Assembly: GCF_039654945.1 (NCBI RefSeq)
Contig: NW_027362106.1
Span: forward strand, 310,001-374,000
DNA: 64,000 nt
DNA from: Dendrobates tinctorius
Taxonomy: Eukaryota
Direction: 5' to 3'
A program made the position numbers and the translations under genes. Position 1 is the first letter of the stretch. Each line of letters opens with the position of its first letter. The notes beneath the pieces are model-generated. The model had not been told where the DNA came from, ran no database searches, and saw nothing but the letters and a program-made list of their open reading frames with translations. This document shows positions 1 to 11,827 of the stretch, piece after piece.

Positions 1-444
1 CCTGTTGGTTCCATGCTTGATTTTAGTTAGTTTTTTTCCATGCGTATACAATGGCGGAGAAAATGGGATGATTATGGGTGGTAGAGTTTCGGTTGAGCAA
101 GAGATTGAATATTAGTTATTTTGAGTGTTTATGATTATTTCAAAAGGAGCTCTTGAACTGAGGACAGGACACATTGGGAAAGCATTTTTTCTTATCTGCT
201 GCCTTGTCTAGTATATCATCCAGGGCTTGACCGAAAATAGAATTAGACTTACCGGTAATTCAGATTCTAGGAACCCTTCACGACAGCATAGGAGTTTGTC
301 TCCACACCCTAATGGGGGACAGGAAGCACAAAGAGGTTAAAAAGCCCCTCCCACCTTCTACTCGCCAGTGACTTATAACGAACACCATAGCACAGGTTAC
401 CTTTAAGCTCCAAGGAATAGTCCAAGGAACATAGGGAAAGAATT

Positions 445-533
445 AGTGCTGTCGTTGAAGGTTCCTAGAAACCGAATTACTGGCAAGTCTAATTCTATTT
501 TCTCTAGTTACCCTCCACGACATCATAGGAGGA
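445..533. repeat. DIRS internal complementary region (ICR) of element B
   Basis: First half is complementary to 234-290; second half copies the opposite terminus; the halves join at CTATTTTCTCTAG. Confidence 0.88.
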
Positions 534-2077
534 ATACCAACTAATACAGCACTAGGGGGGACCACAGCCTGGAGTACTTTCCGGCCATTGACTAGATCCC
601 TATTGGACAATAAGTCCAATCTATATAGTGTTTTGTGATGGTATGAAGCGAAGACCATGTTGCGGCCCTGCAGATCTGCTCGGTGGATGCACCTGCTCTT
701 TCTGCCCAGGAGACTGATGTGGATCTCATAGAGTGTGCCTTGAACCCAGCTGGAGGGGGGGGTTGTCATGTACTGAGCCAGCTACGTTTCGGATATAGCC
801 TTCTAGATACAATTCGAGATGGTGCTTTTTGCAACTTTCTTCCCTTTATTTTGACCCAGTTGATGAACAAACAAATGTTGTCTATTTCTCCAGGAACTGG
901 TTTGTTCTAGGTGGTATAAGTTGGTACGCCGAACATCGAGAGTATGGAATTCTTCCTCTTTTGGATAGGCTGGATTCTGGCAAAAGGAGGGGAGGACGAT
1001 CTCCTGAGACCAGTGGAAATCAGACAACTTTAGGAAGAAAGGACAGATCAAGACGGAGGACTATAGAGTCAGCTCTAATTATTAAAGTTCTCTTATTGAT
1101 AAAGCTTGTAATTCTCCTACACGCCTTGCTGTGGTTATAGCGACAAGGAAAGCAGCTTTGTATGCGGGGAGTTGAGGAGTACAGGAAGACAGGGGTTCAA
1201 ACGGTGGGAGTGAGCCCCTTGAGGACTAAGAAGGGACGACAGTCTGTTTTCTGGAATGCGATCTGAGAGCCAGTATCAAAAATCTCTTAATCCAACGGTG
1301 GTTTGACCAAGTCCTGATCGAATATGGAAATTAGGGCGGAGACCTGAACCTTCAGAGTACTAGGCTTAAGGCCTAATTCTAGCTCTTTCTGTAGGAAGTC
1401 CAATATTTGTGAAATATTTGGGTGGAATGGAGCAGGAAGATTAGGGAAGCAGAAGGATGAAAACATCTTCCACACCTTATTATACTGTATATGGTATTGG
1501 TAACTGGCTTTCTGGATCTCTGTAAAGTAGTAATTACGGTGTCCGAAAGTCCTCTAGCACTTAGCACCTGGGCATCAGTAAACAGGCAGCTAGATTCAAT
1601 ATTTGAGGTTCTGGATGATGAAGGGGTCCTTGTGAAAGAAGGTCAACTTCCACTGGTAAATGAACTGGACTGTTTTTCTGGAGCTCGACGATGAGGTTGA
1701 ACCTGCTACTCTTTGGCCACTCTGGAGCCACCAGGATAGTTGGGACCTGAGTATTCGCCAACATTGGAATCGGTGGAAAGGCGTAGGCCAACTGAAAGCT
1801 CCATTTTTGAGCAAAGGCATCTACTCCCCTGACCCTGGGATTCAAGGAAAAAAAGGCTTTGACCTGGGTGTTTTGACCTGAAGCAAGCAAATAGATTTCT
1901 GGTAGGCCCCATGTATCTACCAAAATTTTGTAGACTCTTCTGTTCATGCTCCATTCTCCCGACTGTATGTCCTGGTGACTCAGGTAATCTGCCTGAAAGA
2001 TCCCTTTAGATGAACAGCTGTCAGGGAGAGAAGGTGTTTTTTGGCCCAACAGAATATTCGGCCTGAAATGCCTCTTA

Positions 2078-2475
2078 GGGTACCGTTACACTTAGCGATG
2101 CACCAGCGATCCCGACCACGATATGACGCGGTCAGGATCGCTGGTGCATCGCTAAGTGGTCGCTAGTGAGCTGCTACACAGGCAGATCTCACCAGAGACA
2201 TAGCAGGGGTCGGGGGTCGTTACTTACCTTTCAGACGAGGAGATCCTGACGTCCTCCCGCCCGCGTCCACGCGTCGGCGCCACAGGAAGCCCAGCAGGAA
2301 GTGGTCGACGAGAAACGGCCCAGGACGTTATCGCGCGATCAGCGATAACCAGCGGGGGAGCGGGTCGGAGGCAAGTATCAGACATAGCGATATCGCTAGC
2401 AATATCGCTGCTGCATCACAAAACCAGTGACGTTACAGTGATATTGCTAGCGATATCGCTTAGTGTAACGGGCCC
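2078..2475. mobile_element. Harbinger-type MITE in DIRS B
   Basis: TIRs GGGTACCGTTACACTTAGCGA / TCGCTTAGTGTAACGGGCCC; TTA on the left flank; interrupts pol. Confidence 0.75.
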
Positions 2476-5400
2476 TTTAAGCTGTTGAACCTTGTGCTCC
2501 CCTGATGTTTGAGGTGGGCAACTGCAGTCATGTTGCTCGAATAAATTCTGAAGTGACATCTGGAGATTAGATTGCTTGCAGCAAGAAGAGCTTCATCCAC
2601 TGTCTTCAACTCTTTGAAGTTGGGGGACCTTGTGCTTATCCTCTGATCCCAGAGATCCTGGAAAGGAGTACAAGATACTATGGCTCCCAGCCTCGTTTGC
2701 TGGCATTAGATGTTATCGTAACCATGGGAGATTGTGACCAACTCATGCCTCTGCAAAGATTTTTGGGGTTCAACCACCACGCTAGGGAGGCCCTTACGCG
2801 TCCTGAAGTGTGTTTTCTCTTTAGAGTGCTGGGATTCCCGTTCCAATTCTCAAGGATGTGGGCTTGAAGAACTCTGGAGTGGGCATGCGCCCAGGACACT
2901 GATTGAATGCAGGCCGTCAAGGAGCCTAGTATTGACATGGCTTCCCGAAGGGTAGGGAGACCTTTGCTTTCGGAGGTTTGCAATCTTTGCCATCATAGTC
3001 AGGCGATGATCCTCAGGGAGAAAGGACATCTGCTTCCCAGAGTCTAACAGGACCCCCAGAAACCTTGTTTTGGAGGGCTGAAGCTGAGACTTCTTCAGAT
3101 TTGGCAGCCACTCCAGAGATAGCAGAATATCTAGAGTTCTTGACACATGGCTCCTGAGAATATGAGCAGAGGAGCCTACGACTAGCAAATCGTCCATTGG
3201 GGAGATTGTGTTTGACCTTAAGAGATCTTGGAGGCCTGTCATCAGCATTGTCTGGGCTCCCTGAGATGGAAGGGAGGTGACTTTCAGACTCCGAGGGGGG
3301 GGGGGACTCGAACTCTATCAAGAAGCCCTCCTTGATGGTATTTATCACCCACTGGGAATTGGAAATGGCCTCCCAATGGTGGAAAAAAATTTGCGAGCCT
3401 CCCCCCCACCGGGTAGGAGTCATTGTTTATCCTGCTGGTGCTGCTGCTGGGGAACAAGGATGTTCTTCCCCTTTCCCTTAGCATAACTCCATCTCCCAGT
3501 TTTACCTTTTCCCTTTGTCTGGGGGGTCTGAGACAAAGGCACGAAAAAAATTGTCCCTGGGAGGTTTTTACTCAGGAAGGGCTTTTTTTTCCTATCAGTG
3601 GCCTTCTCTAAAATTTCATCAAGAGCAGGACCAAAAACGTATTCGCCTTTAAATGGGATTGAGCATAATTTGCCTTTTGAGACTAAATTCCTGCTCCACA
3701 ACATGAGCCAGAGAGGTCTTCTGGCAGAGGTAGATTGAACCAGTGATCTGGCAGCAATCCAAATTGACTATTGGCCCTTTGGAGAATAGGTAGAGTCCAA
3801 TACTCTCTTGAGGTACGCTGGGATATAGGATGTTCCAACTCTTCCAGCCATCCGAAGAGGGCTCTGGTCACACAGGTGGAAGCGATATTAGATTTTAACG
3901 CAGAGGTGCACGTTTCCCAGGATTTCTTCAGCAGATTTTCTATCCACTGGATCTTTTAGCTGCAAAGAATCCTCAAAGGGGAGTGCGGTTTTCTTTGCTA
4001 CACTCGCCACCTGAATGTTCACCTTAGGAACATCCCAAGTAGGGGGAATCATGCTTCAAGGATACCTATGTTTCAATTCTGAGGGGGTGGTAAAGCGTTT
4101 TTCTGGAAGCTCCAATTCCTGAGATATCAGATCCAGGATGTTTTTATGTACTGGGAAGCCAATCTGTCTCCCTGTTTTAAGCCCCCAAACATTTTGTCCT
4201 GAATGGACTCAGGGACTGACTCTTCCAACCCCATAGTCCTACGTACTGCGCTCACCAGCTCTTCTATATACTCTGAAGAGAAAAAATATTTTCTCGCCTC
4301 CAAAGTTCTACGGGATGTAGATTCTTCCCATTTTTCTGAGGACGAAGTATAATAGTGTTCGGACTCAGAGTCCACCACCTGAATTTTCCTTTTTTCAGAA
4401 GGAGTTGGCCCTGGAAAAGATGGTGGCGGAGGAGGAGGGGTAAAGGCGTTTAAGGAGGATTGAACCTCCTGCTTAGCCAGGGTACGGATTTCCTTGATGA
4501 GAGAGGGATGTTGCAGATAGCACATTTGGGAGGCTTTTTGGCAGGGGCCTTATGGGCAGAGTTGTCTCCCTAAAAGAGAGAGGCAGAGTAGTGTAAGTAG
4601 AGGGACAATCTACACTTCCCAGGACCTTAGGCAGAGACCCACCCCACATCCGACCTACTGGAGGAGGGGCAGCGCTGGGCTCTGCAGGCCCAGGGCAGGA
4701 AGCACCATCCATACTGAGGTAATCAGTCTTACCTGGAGGTGTCTTCAGGCAGGTTTATATAGCCATAAACCCTGCCCTCAGCGCGACTGAATATTCCCCC
4801 CTCCTCCTCCCCGGGTCCAAGAGCAGGCTTCCGCGTACTTCTGTGTGCTCAGAACGCCGTTCGGTAGTCCGGGGGCCACAGGAGGCTGAAACCGGAAGTA
4901 CATGCGTTCCAGCGTGGAACGCAAGGCCCGGAAGTGACACGCGCCCTTTATTGACGTCACTTCTGGGACGCCGAACAGCGCAAAAAGGGAAGAGGAAAGA
5001 CCGGAGAGCTCAGGGAGGCCTCCGGTCGGGGATCACCGGCCTGCTTTACCCCCATGTGGGGACGCAGGTGGGCCGGGAAAGGTCCCGAGGCCAAACACTG
5101 GGCGACGGCAGCAGAAACAGAGGAGGAGGGCCGAACTCACAACCACCACTGCCCGGCTAATAGGAGGTACGCTGTAGTCACCAGCCCCACATCATACGTG
5201 GTAACCTCTCCATGCTCCATGGGAGACAGAAAAGACAATGGCGAGCAGGAGGGGCTTTTTAACCTCTTTGTGCTTCCTGTCCTCCATTAGGGTGTGGAGA
5301 CAACCTCCTATGCTGTCGTGGAAGGTGACTAGAGAAAAGGTATTTCCCTTCACATGGGATAGAGCATAGCCTAGACTTGGACTGGGCATCTCCCGGCCAG

Positions 5401-7600
5401 CTTTTGATTCTGTGGGCAGCAGTGGACAGGTTTGCCGATCTGGCTGCTAATCTAACAGAATCGGTCGAGGTGTCAGCCAAAAAGGAAGCTGCTCCCTGCA
5501 ACAGCAGAAGGTTGGCCAGGATCTTTTCTCTCCGGGTGTTGTCTCTAAGATGGTCTTCATGCTGCTGTAGCCACACCATCATAGACCTTGCCGTGCAGGT
5601 TGCTGCTATTGCTTTAACGAGCCTGTCGATGATACCCAGGCTTGATTTAGGAAGACTTCAGCCTTCTTGTCCAAGGGATCCCTGAGAATCCCTAGGTCCT
5701 CAAAGGGCATCGTAGAAGTTTTGACCAATTTTGTAACCGCGACGTCGATCTTTGGGGTCTTCTCCCATATGCCTGCCTATTCCTCATCAAAAGGATATCT
5801 CCTATTTGAAGATGGTAGTGGACCTTTCCTTTCCGGCCTCTTCCACCCTCTACTAATACAGTAAGCATCTTGATTTTCTCATTAACTGGAAAAGAACACC
5901 TCTTCCTCTGCTCCAAGTCACTGAACATAATGTCCTGGACTGTTCTGCTAGTCTTGGGATCAGTTATTTCCATAGTGGACCTTATTGTCCTAACCAGCCT
6001 GTCGGTACCCTCAGGAGGGAAGCAGGGTCTACCCCGTGTCCTCATCAAAGAAGGAAGAGGAGGATGAATTTGTCAGGTCCGAATCCTCCCCTTTAAACGC
6101 TACTAATCCTTCAGACTCTGACGACAGTAGTTCTGGCTTTCCCTCTTCTCTTTGCCCCATCAGGTGCTTTAAGGAATCCTGGACCTCCGATCTAATGATG
6201 GCCTTTAGGTACATAGCGAACCCAGAGGTTTCTTCCAAGACAGTCTGCTGTATACACCCTGGGCAGAGCCTCTTACTATAAAGCACACGGTAAATCCCCC
6301 TTGCACAGTGCACACCCACTATTGTTCTGCTTTGAACATTTCAGAGGCCTTTCCTAGTAAAGGAATACACAGAGAAAGGGGATGTGTTTTAATTCAGCGC
6401 ACTTTCACTTAGCTCACTCACCATTCAGCTGATTAACCTACGGTACTGGAGACGAAGGCTGAGTTGGTTCCGAAGAACGTCTTCCCCTGGAGATGGGCTC
6501 GTGACCTGCCTTGCTTTTCAGGCTGGTCTTGCTGCTTGTATGACTGCCATCACTGCGTCCTTGCCAATGCTGCTGGCGGTGCTGAAATGGTTCCTGTGTC
6601 GACTGCAGCGAAGATGGTGGTGGTGGCATTGGGCAACGCACTGCTGTGGCTCTGATATAGGTTACCTTGACGTTTGGTAGAGCGGCTTAGTATACATTTT
6701 TTACAAAAAAAGTATCAGCCAAATACCCTGTTTCTTTATCATCTTTTTACTAGCACTTGCTGTTTACTGTTACTTCTTTACAACAGAGTATTTTTATACG
6801 TTTGTTTACTGTGCATTTCTATGTGTCAGTCTTTTGGTGGTGTGAACACTGTCCTACAGACTTATTCTCTGTGTGCATGGCCCATGTGTTTGCATGTATT
6901 TGCTGTGGCTGCTGCAGTTCATCCATGATCCGGATTGCTGCAGGAAATGCCATCATTTTTCTGGGCACCTCCCCTTTATGCCGGATGGCCCAGCCCACTT
7001 CTGGCTCCATCTCCCTGAAGTTCAAATCCGGTGCACTGTGTGCAGGGATGCATGTAGCCCTGCGTAGTCCCGGATGGCCGCTGTAGTTCACGACGTGCTA
7101 AGTCATCGAGATGCGCCGGATATCATCCTGCGTCCCGCCTGGGCGGCCTCACTTTCCGGCACACTCTGTCCCAGGACACACCAGCTCCATCCAACGTCCC
7201 AGACCCGGAAGCAAGTCCCGGCGCACATCGCTGTGGCGCTCATGGAACCTCCAGCGCACACAGACCCAGGACCTTGTCAGCTAGAGACATCTACCCAAAA
7301 GGTCTCAGCCTGCATGGCACTGCACCAACCCCCCCCGGTTAGTGTTACCTCACCCGCGGACGACATCCCTCGTTATGGGACACCCTCCTGAGAAAGTGTA
7401 CGGCTTCATTCTGCAGGTTCCCACGAGGACAGGAAACCAAACTGATATGAAGTAGAGATACCGCCTTTTTATTAAGTAGGTTTCCTGTCCTGGTGGGCGG
7501 ATACCCCCTCAGGTGGTGCTGTCATGGGAGAAGGGAAACACATTTTCATGCCATTGTAGACATAATGTATGTACTGCATATTGATAGTTCCATCTAGAAT

Positions 7601-8052
7601 CACATTGTAGAACATCCACATGTGGGGTGTCCACATTCTGGAGTATACAGACGTGGTGGGGGGGTGTCCACATTCTGGAGTATACAGATGTGAGGGGTTG
7701 TCCACATTCTGGAGTATACAAACGTGGGGGGTCCACATTCTGGAGTATAAAGACGTGGGGGGGGGTCCACATTCTGGAGTATAGACGTGGGGGGGTCCAC
7801 ATTCTGGAGTATACAGACGTGGGGGGGGGTCCACATTCTGGAGTATACAGACGTGGGGGGGGGGGTCCACATTCTAGAGTAAACAGATGTGGGGGGGGGG
7901 GGTCCACATTGTAGAGTAAACAGATGTGGGGGGGTCCACATTCTGGAGTATACAGAGGTGGGGGGGTCCACATTCTAGAGTATACAGAGGTGGGGGGGTC
8001 CACATTCTGGAGTATACAGAGGTGGGGGGGTCCACATTCTGGAGTATACAGA
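7601..8052. repeat. G-rich minisatellite, unit of about 31 bp
   Basis: About 14 copies of GTCCACATTCTGGAGTATACAGACGT(G)n. Confidence 0.95.
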
Positions 8053-8219
8053 CAGACACACGTGGAAGACAATTTGTCTGAATAATAGCTTAGTTTGTGA
8101 GTGATCAAGTTCTAGACTTAATTGTGAAATGGAGTAAAATGTGTTTTACTCATAAAAATATTCTTTTTATTATTTGATTCCTCTCTACTGGGGCCACTAA
8201 ACAGTTAATATAAAATTAT

Positions 8220-8660
8220 TTAAAAAAAAAAAAAGATTGTGAGGTAGATTTCAAAATGGGGAGATACAAAGGCCTGGTTGGGATGCGCACATGGGACAAT
8301 AATACTGAGAATCACTCCTATATCATGCTTGCTACAAACCCGGCATCTTTTTTGGGGATGCCTCCTGGACCGTGGAGTCAAATGGGAGACCCTCAGCAAT
8401 TTTCTACTGGAACTGGAGGAACGCGAGTGCTCCTTGTAACTTTTTATAGAGGACAAAGCTGCTGTGGGTAGAAATCTGGATAAGGTAGATTGCTACTTTT
8501 TTTTTTTTTTTATTAACGAACCTGGTCTTCCATTTCACCAGGTACGGTTGCAGCATCTGGTCTGACAGGTCAACGTCTCCCATATTTTTATTACAGCCTG
8601 TGATGGTTTTGCCTTGTTCCTGGTGGTGACTCAGTCTCTGACCGCCCCGTCTCTGACCAT
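8220..8660 (-). pseudogene. piggyBac transposase C-terminal remnant
   Basis: MGDVDLSDQMLQPYLVKWKTR at about 8583-8521 and Cys-rich QKRCRVCSKH at about 8350. Confidence 0.75.
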
Positions 8661-8696
8661 CACAGTGGTGTCCGCATGCAGTGTGGTCAGCATGTA

Positions 8697-9740
8697 CGAG
8701 AGGCGTTCATTTAAGATCTCCCCTGACCCACTTCTATTTATCACTGAACACTGAAACGGCACATGTAATGATGTAAGTCTCTATTGGTTATGTGCCAATT
8801 TGCAGCTCAGAACTGATAACGGTGTTGATTTTACAGGTGCTGAAGTGGTGCAAAGTTTAATAATGGACCCAGTGGAATACAAAGCAGTCATCAAGTTTGC
8901 ACCAAAGTCCGACCACATTGGCATTGGCGATGCCAGTTCTTGATTACATCATATGATGGGGAATCATCACCATAAACCTCTTTCATCTCCTCGAACGTCT
9001 TCTTTGGTGAGCGGCATTTCAAGTAAAGGAATTTGAAAGGCTGCTCACCAAAAAAGACGTTCGATGAGATGAGATGAAAGAGGTTTATGGTGATGATTCC
9101 CCATCATGATGTAGTCAAGAACTGGCATCGTCAATGCCAATGTGGTCGGACTTTGGTGCAAACAGTTCCAATTCCAGGGCGACACCACTCTGCTGTTGAT
9201 GAACATAGCATCAAGCAAGTGGAATTTGCCATTTTGGAAAACCGCCGCGTAACCATTTGCCACCATGCCCAAAATGTCAATTTTAGTGTGGGGTCCGTGG
9301 AAAAAAAATCATTCCAGACCATCTTCACATGCATAAGGTATCCGCTCGCTGGGTTCCTCGGCTGCTCACACCTTTCCAGAAGCAGGAACGAGTCAAATGC
9401 GCTCAGGATCTATTGACGATATGCCATGGCAAACAGGAGGTCTTTTCCAGACTGATCACATAGGATGAAAGCTTGGTCCATCACTATGATCCTGAGAATA
9501 AAGTCCAGTCAATGCAATGGAAGCATCATGACTCACCACCTCCAAAGAAGGCACGTGCCCAACCTCCGGCAGGCGAGATCATGCTCACAGTATTTTGGGA
9601 CCATCATGGAGTAGTATTGATGGATTTCATAGCAAAGGGTACCATGATCACTGGGACATACTATGCTTCACTGCTGTAGAAATTGCAGGAGGCCATCAAA
9701 ACCAAGAGATGTTGCATGCTCATCAAAGGTGTCTGCCTTC
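8697..9740 (+). mobile_element. Truncated mariner element
   Basis: TA+CGAGAGGCGTTC terminus; WVPRLLT motif near 9350; DES.VHHYDPENKVQSMQW..MLTVFWD..GTYYASLL; contains stops and frameshifts. Confidence 0.85.
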
Positions 9741-9775
9741 TGTATATTTTTTTGTAACTTTTGAAAACACCCTAA

Positions 9776-10158
9776 GGCCATGTGCACACGTTGTGGATTT
9801 TGCTGCGGATCCACAGCGTTTCTGGCTCTGCGGGTCCGCAGCAGAATCTGCTGCATTGTACAGTACAGTACCATTTTACTCTGTGTAAAATGGAAACCGC
9901 TGTGCACATGCTGTGGAATTTTCCACGCGTTTTGCTGCAGTTTCAAATCCGCAGAAAGAAATGACATGTCACTTCTTTTCTGCGGATTCCGCTGCAGTTT
10001 ACCATCTCCTCCATTGTAGAGGTAATAAACCGCAGGGCAAAACCGTAGACCAATCCGCAGGTAAACCAAAGGTCTTTTGACCTGAAATTTCCCTGCGGAT
10101 TTTACAAAATCCACGGGGAAAAATCCGCAGCAACTAAAAACTACGTGTGCACATACCC
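9776..10158. mobile_element. Harbinger-type MITE
   Basis: TIRs GGCCATGTGCACACG / CGTGTGCACATACCC; TAA TSD on both sides; CCGCAG-rich interior. Confidence 0.85.
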
Positions 10159-10986
10159 TAAGAGGCAAAGAATGAAGAAATGTAAATGCTAAAATACAAA
10201 AAAAAATATCTGACTAGGGGGATTACACTGGGGATAATCAAGGGGATTATTAGAAGATTGGAGAAGGATTTATTGAAATCCAGCTATAAATGTGATTTTT
10301 TTTTTTTCCTCTGCACTCAGACGTAGTTACATGTCTTCTCTCTCAGAACAACTACAAGGACAGAAGACAGAGGTACAGCCCAAGCACCGCCATATTTAAT
10401 ATTATTGGGGCTTTAGATCACTGTCATAGGGTCTATTCACAGTCAGGAGCCAACAGAAAAAAAATCCCTGAGGTTACCGGGTGCAGCCAGGCAGATCTTG
10501 ATGGGTGCACTGCGCAAGGGCCTACCATTTTGCTTGAGGACAAGAAAGAGGGAGGGCGGGGATGGCAGATCCGGTACCAAGGTATTGTGGGGCGCCTGAG
10601 GAGATCATTTCTCTTTCCTCTGGCATGTTATATCATGTCAGAAGAGAAATTATTTTCACATCTGATCACAGGGATGTTTTTATGTGATCACCGTTATTCA
10701 TTGAATAACGGCAATCACGTGATCAGGGATTGGAAAAACCAACTCTGATCATGCTCTCCACAGTCTCAGCAACTGCCAGTAGTTGAAACCTCAGATTATC
10801 TGACTCTGGGGGGCACTGGTACCTTATTGCCAATTGCAGTTTTAAAACGCCAATGAAGGAATAATGTCCCTTAGCGTCCACCTTTGTTTGTGTATCGGCG
10901 GTCAATAAGGAGTTAAAAGTACAAAAGGTGATTGTTAAACAATAGGGTCATTTTAACCCCCCAATGCATTAGAGAAAAACAAAATG

Positions 10987-11540
10987 TGCCTCTGTACAAA
11001 TCCCTGGTTAGACTGCACATGGAGTACTGTGTACAGTTTTGGCCACCGATGCTCAGGAAGGATGTAATGGAACTAGAGCGGGTACAAAGGAGGGCAACAA
11101 AATTAATAAAGGGGGTGGGGGAACTACATTAGCCAGAGAGACTAGCAAAACTAGGATTATTTAGTCTAGAAAAAAAGACGTATAAGTATATAAGGGGACA
11201 ATGCAAAATATCTCTCCGAGGATCTGTTTATACCAAGGAAGGTGACGGTCACAAGGGGGCATTCTCTGCGTCTGGAGGAGAGAAGGTTTTTCCACCAACA
11301 TAGAAGAGGATTATATACTGTTAGGGCAGTGAGAATCTGGAATTCCCTGCCTGAGGAGGTGGTGATGGCGAACTCAGTCGAGGGGTTCAAGAGAGGCCTG
11401 GATGTCTTCCTGGAGCGTAACAATATTGTATCTTACAGTGATTAGATTCTTTAGAAGGACGTAGATCTGGGGATTTATTCTGATGGAATATAGGCTGAAC
11501 TGGATGGACTCATGGCTTTTTTCGGCCTTGCTAACTAGGT
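10987..11540 (+). mobile_element. CR1 LINE 3' fragment
   Basis: [28 protein letters not shown]; TRGHSLRL..WNSLPEEVV. Confidence 0.9.
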
Positions 11541-11709
11541 TTCCTCAAGGTCAACACAGTTCAGTGGACAACCATCCAACCATTAATTTTCCCCATATCT
11601 CTGCTCGCTTCTGCCCTGTGGTCCCAGAATGATATTGGAGAATGCTGTACCCAAAAGGTGAAGGTGACTACTAAGTGCATATAGAATAAAGTCTGCAGGG
11701 CTAGATTAC

Positions 11710-11827
11710 CGTCTGGTATGTCGTCATGGTCGTCTACGCCCCTCTTTACTACTCGCGGTCTGGCCTGACCATCCTGAGGGGTGCCCCACTCATCCGGAAT
11801 GGCGCTGTGCTGGAACTGGACGATCAC
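11710..11827 (-). CDS. SEC23IP: SEC23IP exon 6 equivalent
   Basis: VIVQFQHSAIPDEWGTPQDGQARPRVVKRGVDDHDDIPD(G); acceptor ctgcag, donor gtaatc; 118 bp. Confidence 0.95.

Larger units (their letters stand above)
234..5338 (-). mobile_element. Full-length, degenerate DIRS1-type retrotransposon B
   Basis: Gag (4712-3420), RT/RNase H (DDLLV, FLGVLLD, ITSNASKRGW), methyltransferase-like region (DAFAQKW..YAFPP) and tyrosine recombinase (GLKPSTLKVQVSAL) fragments. Inverted terminal repeats at about 270-355 and 5245-5338. Confidence 0.93.
1..7538 (-). mobile_element. DIRS1-type retrotransposon A (5' half, degraded), interrupted by element B
   Basis: Gag-like fragments (QGAASFLADTSTDSVRLAAR..WPGDAQSKSRLCSIPCEGKYL) continue across the insertion as F-GQALDDILDKAADKKK below position 233. 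Terminal-repeat-like end ..GTGCTGTCATGGGAGAAGGGAAA near 7538. Confidence 0.8.

Noticed and set aside
1561-2049. Bacterial-type DNA methyltransferase suggesting horizontal transfer or contamination
   Set aside because: The YAFPP methyltransferase-like domain is a normal part of DIRS1 pol.
7601-8052. CRISPR-like array (also 47598-48080 and 49225-49620)
   Set aside because: Units are head-to-tail without unique spacers, there are no cas genes, and the context is eukaryotic.
11561-11709. ORF extension ending ..WMVVH as SEC23IP exon 7
   Set aside because: It only superficially resembles the expected DHLVFVVHGIG, ends in a stop, and lies past a good donor at 11709.
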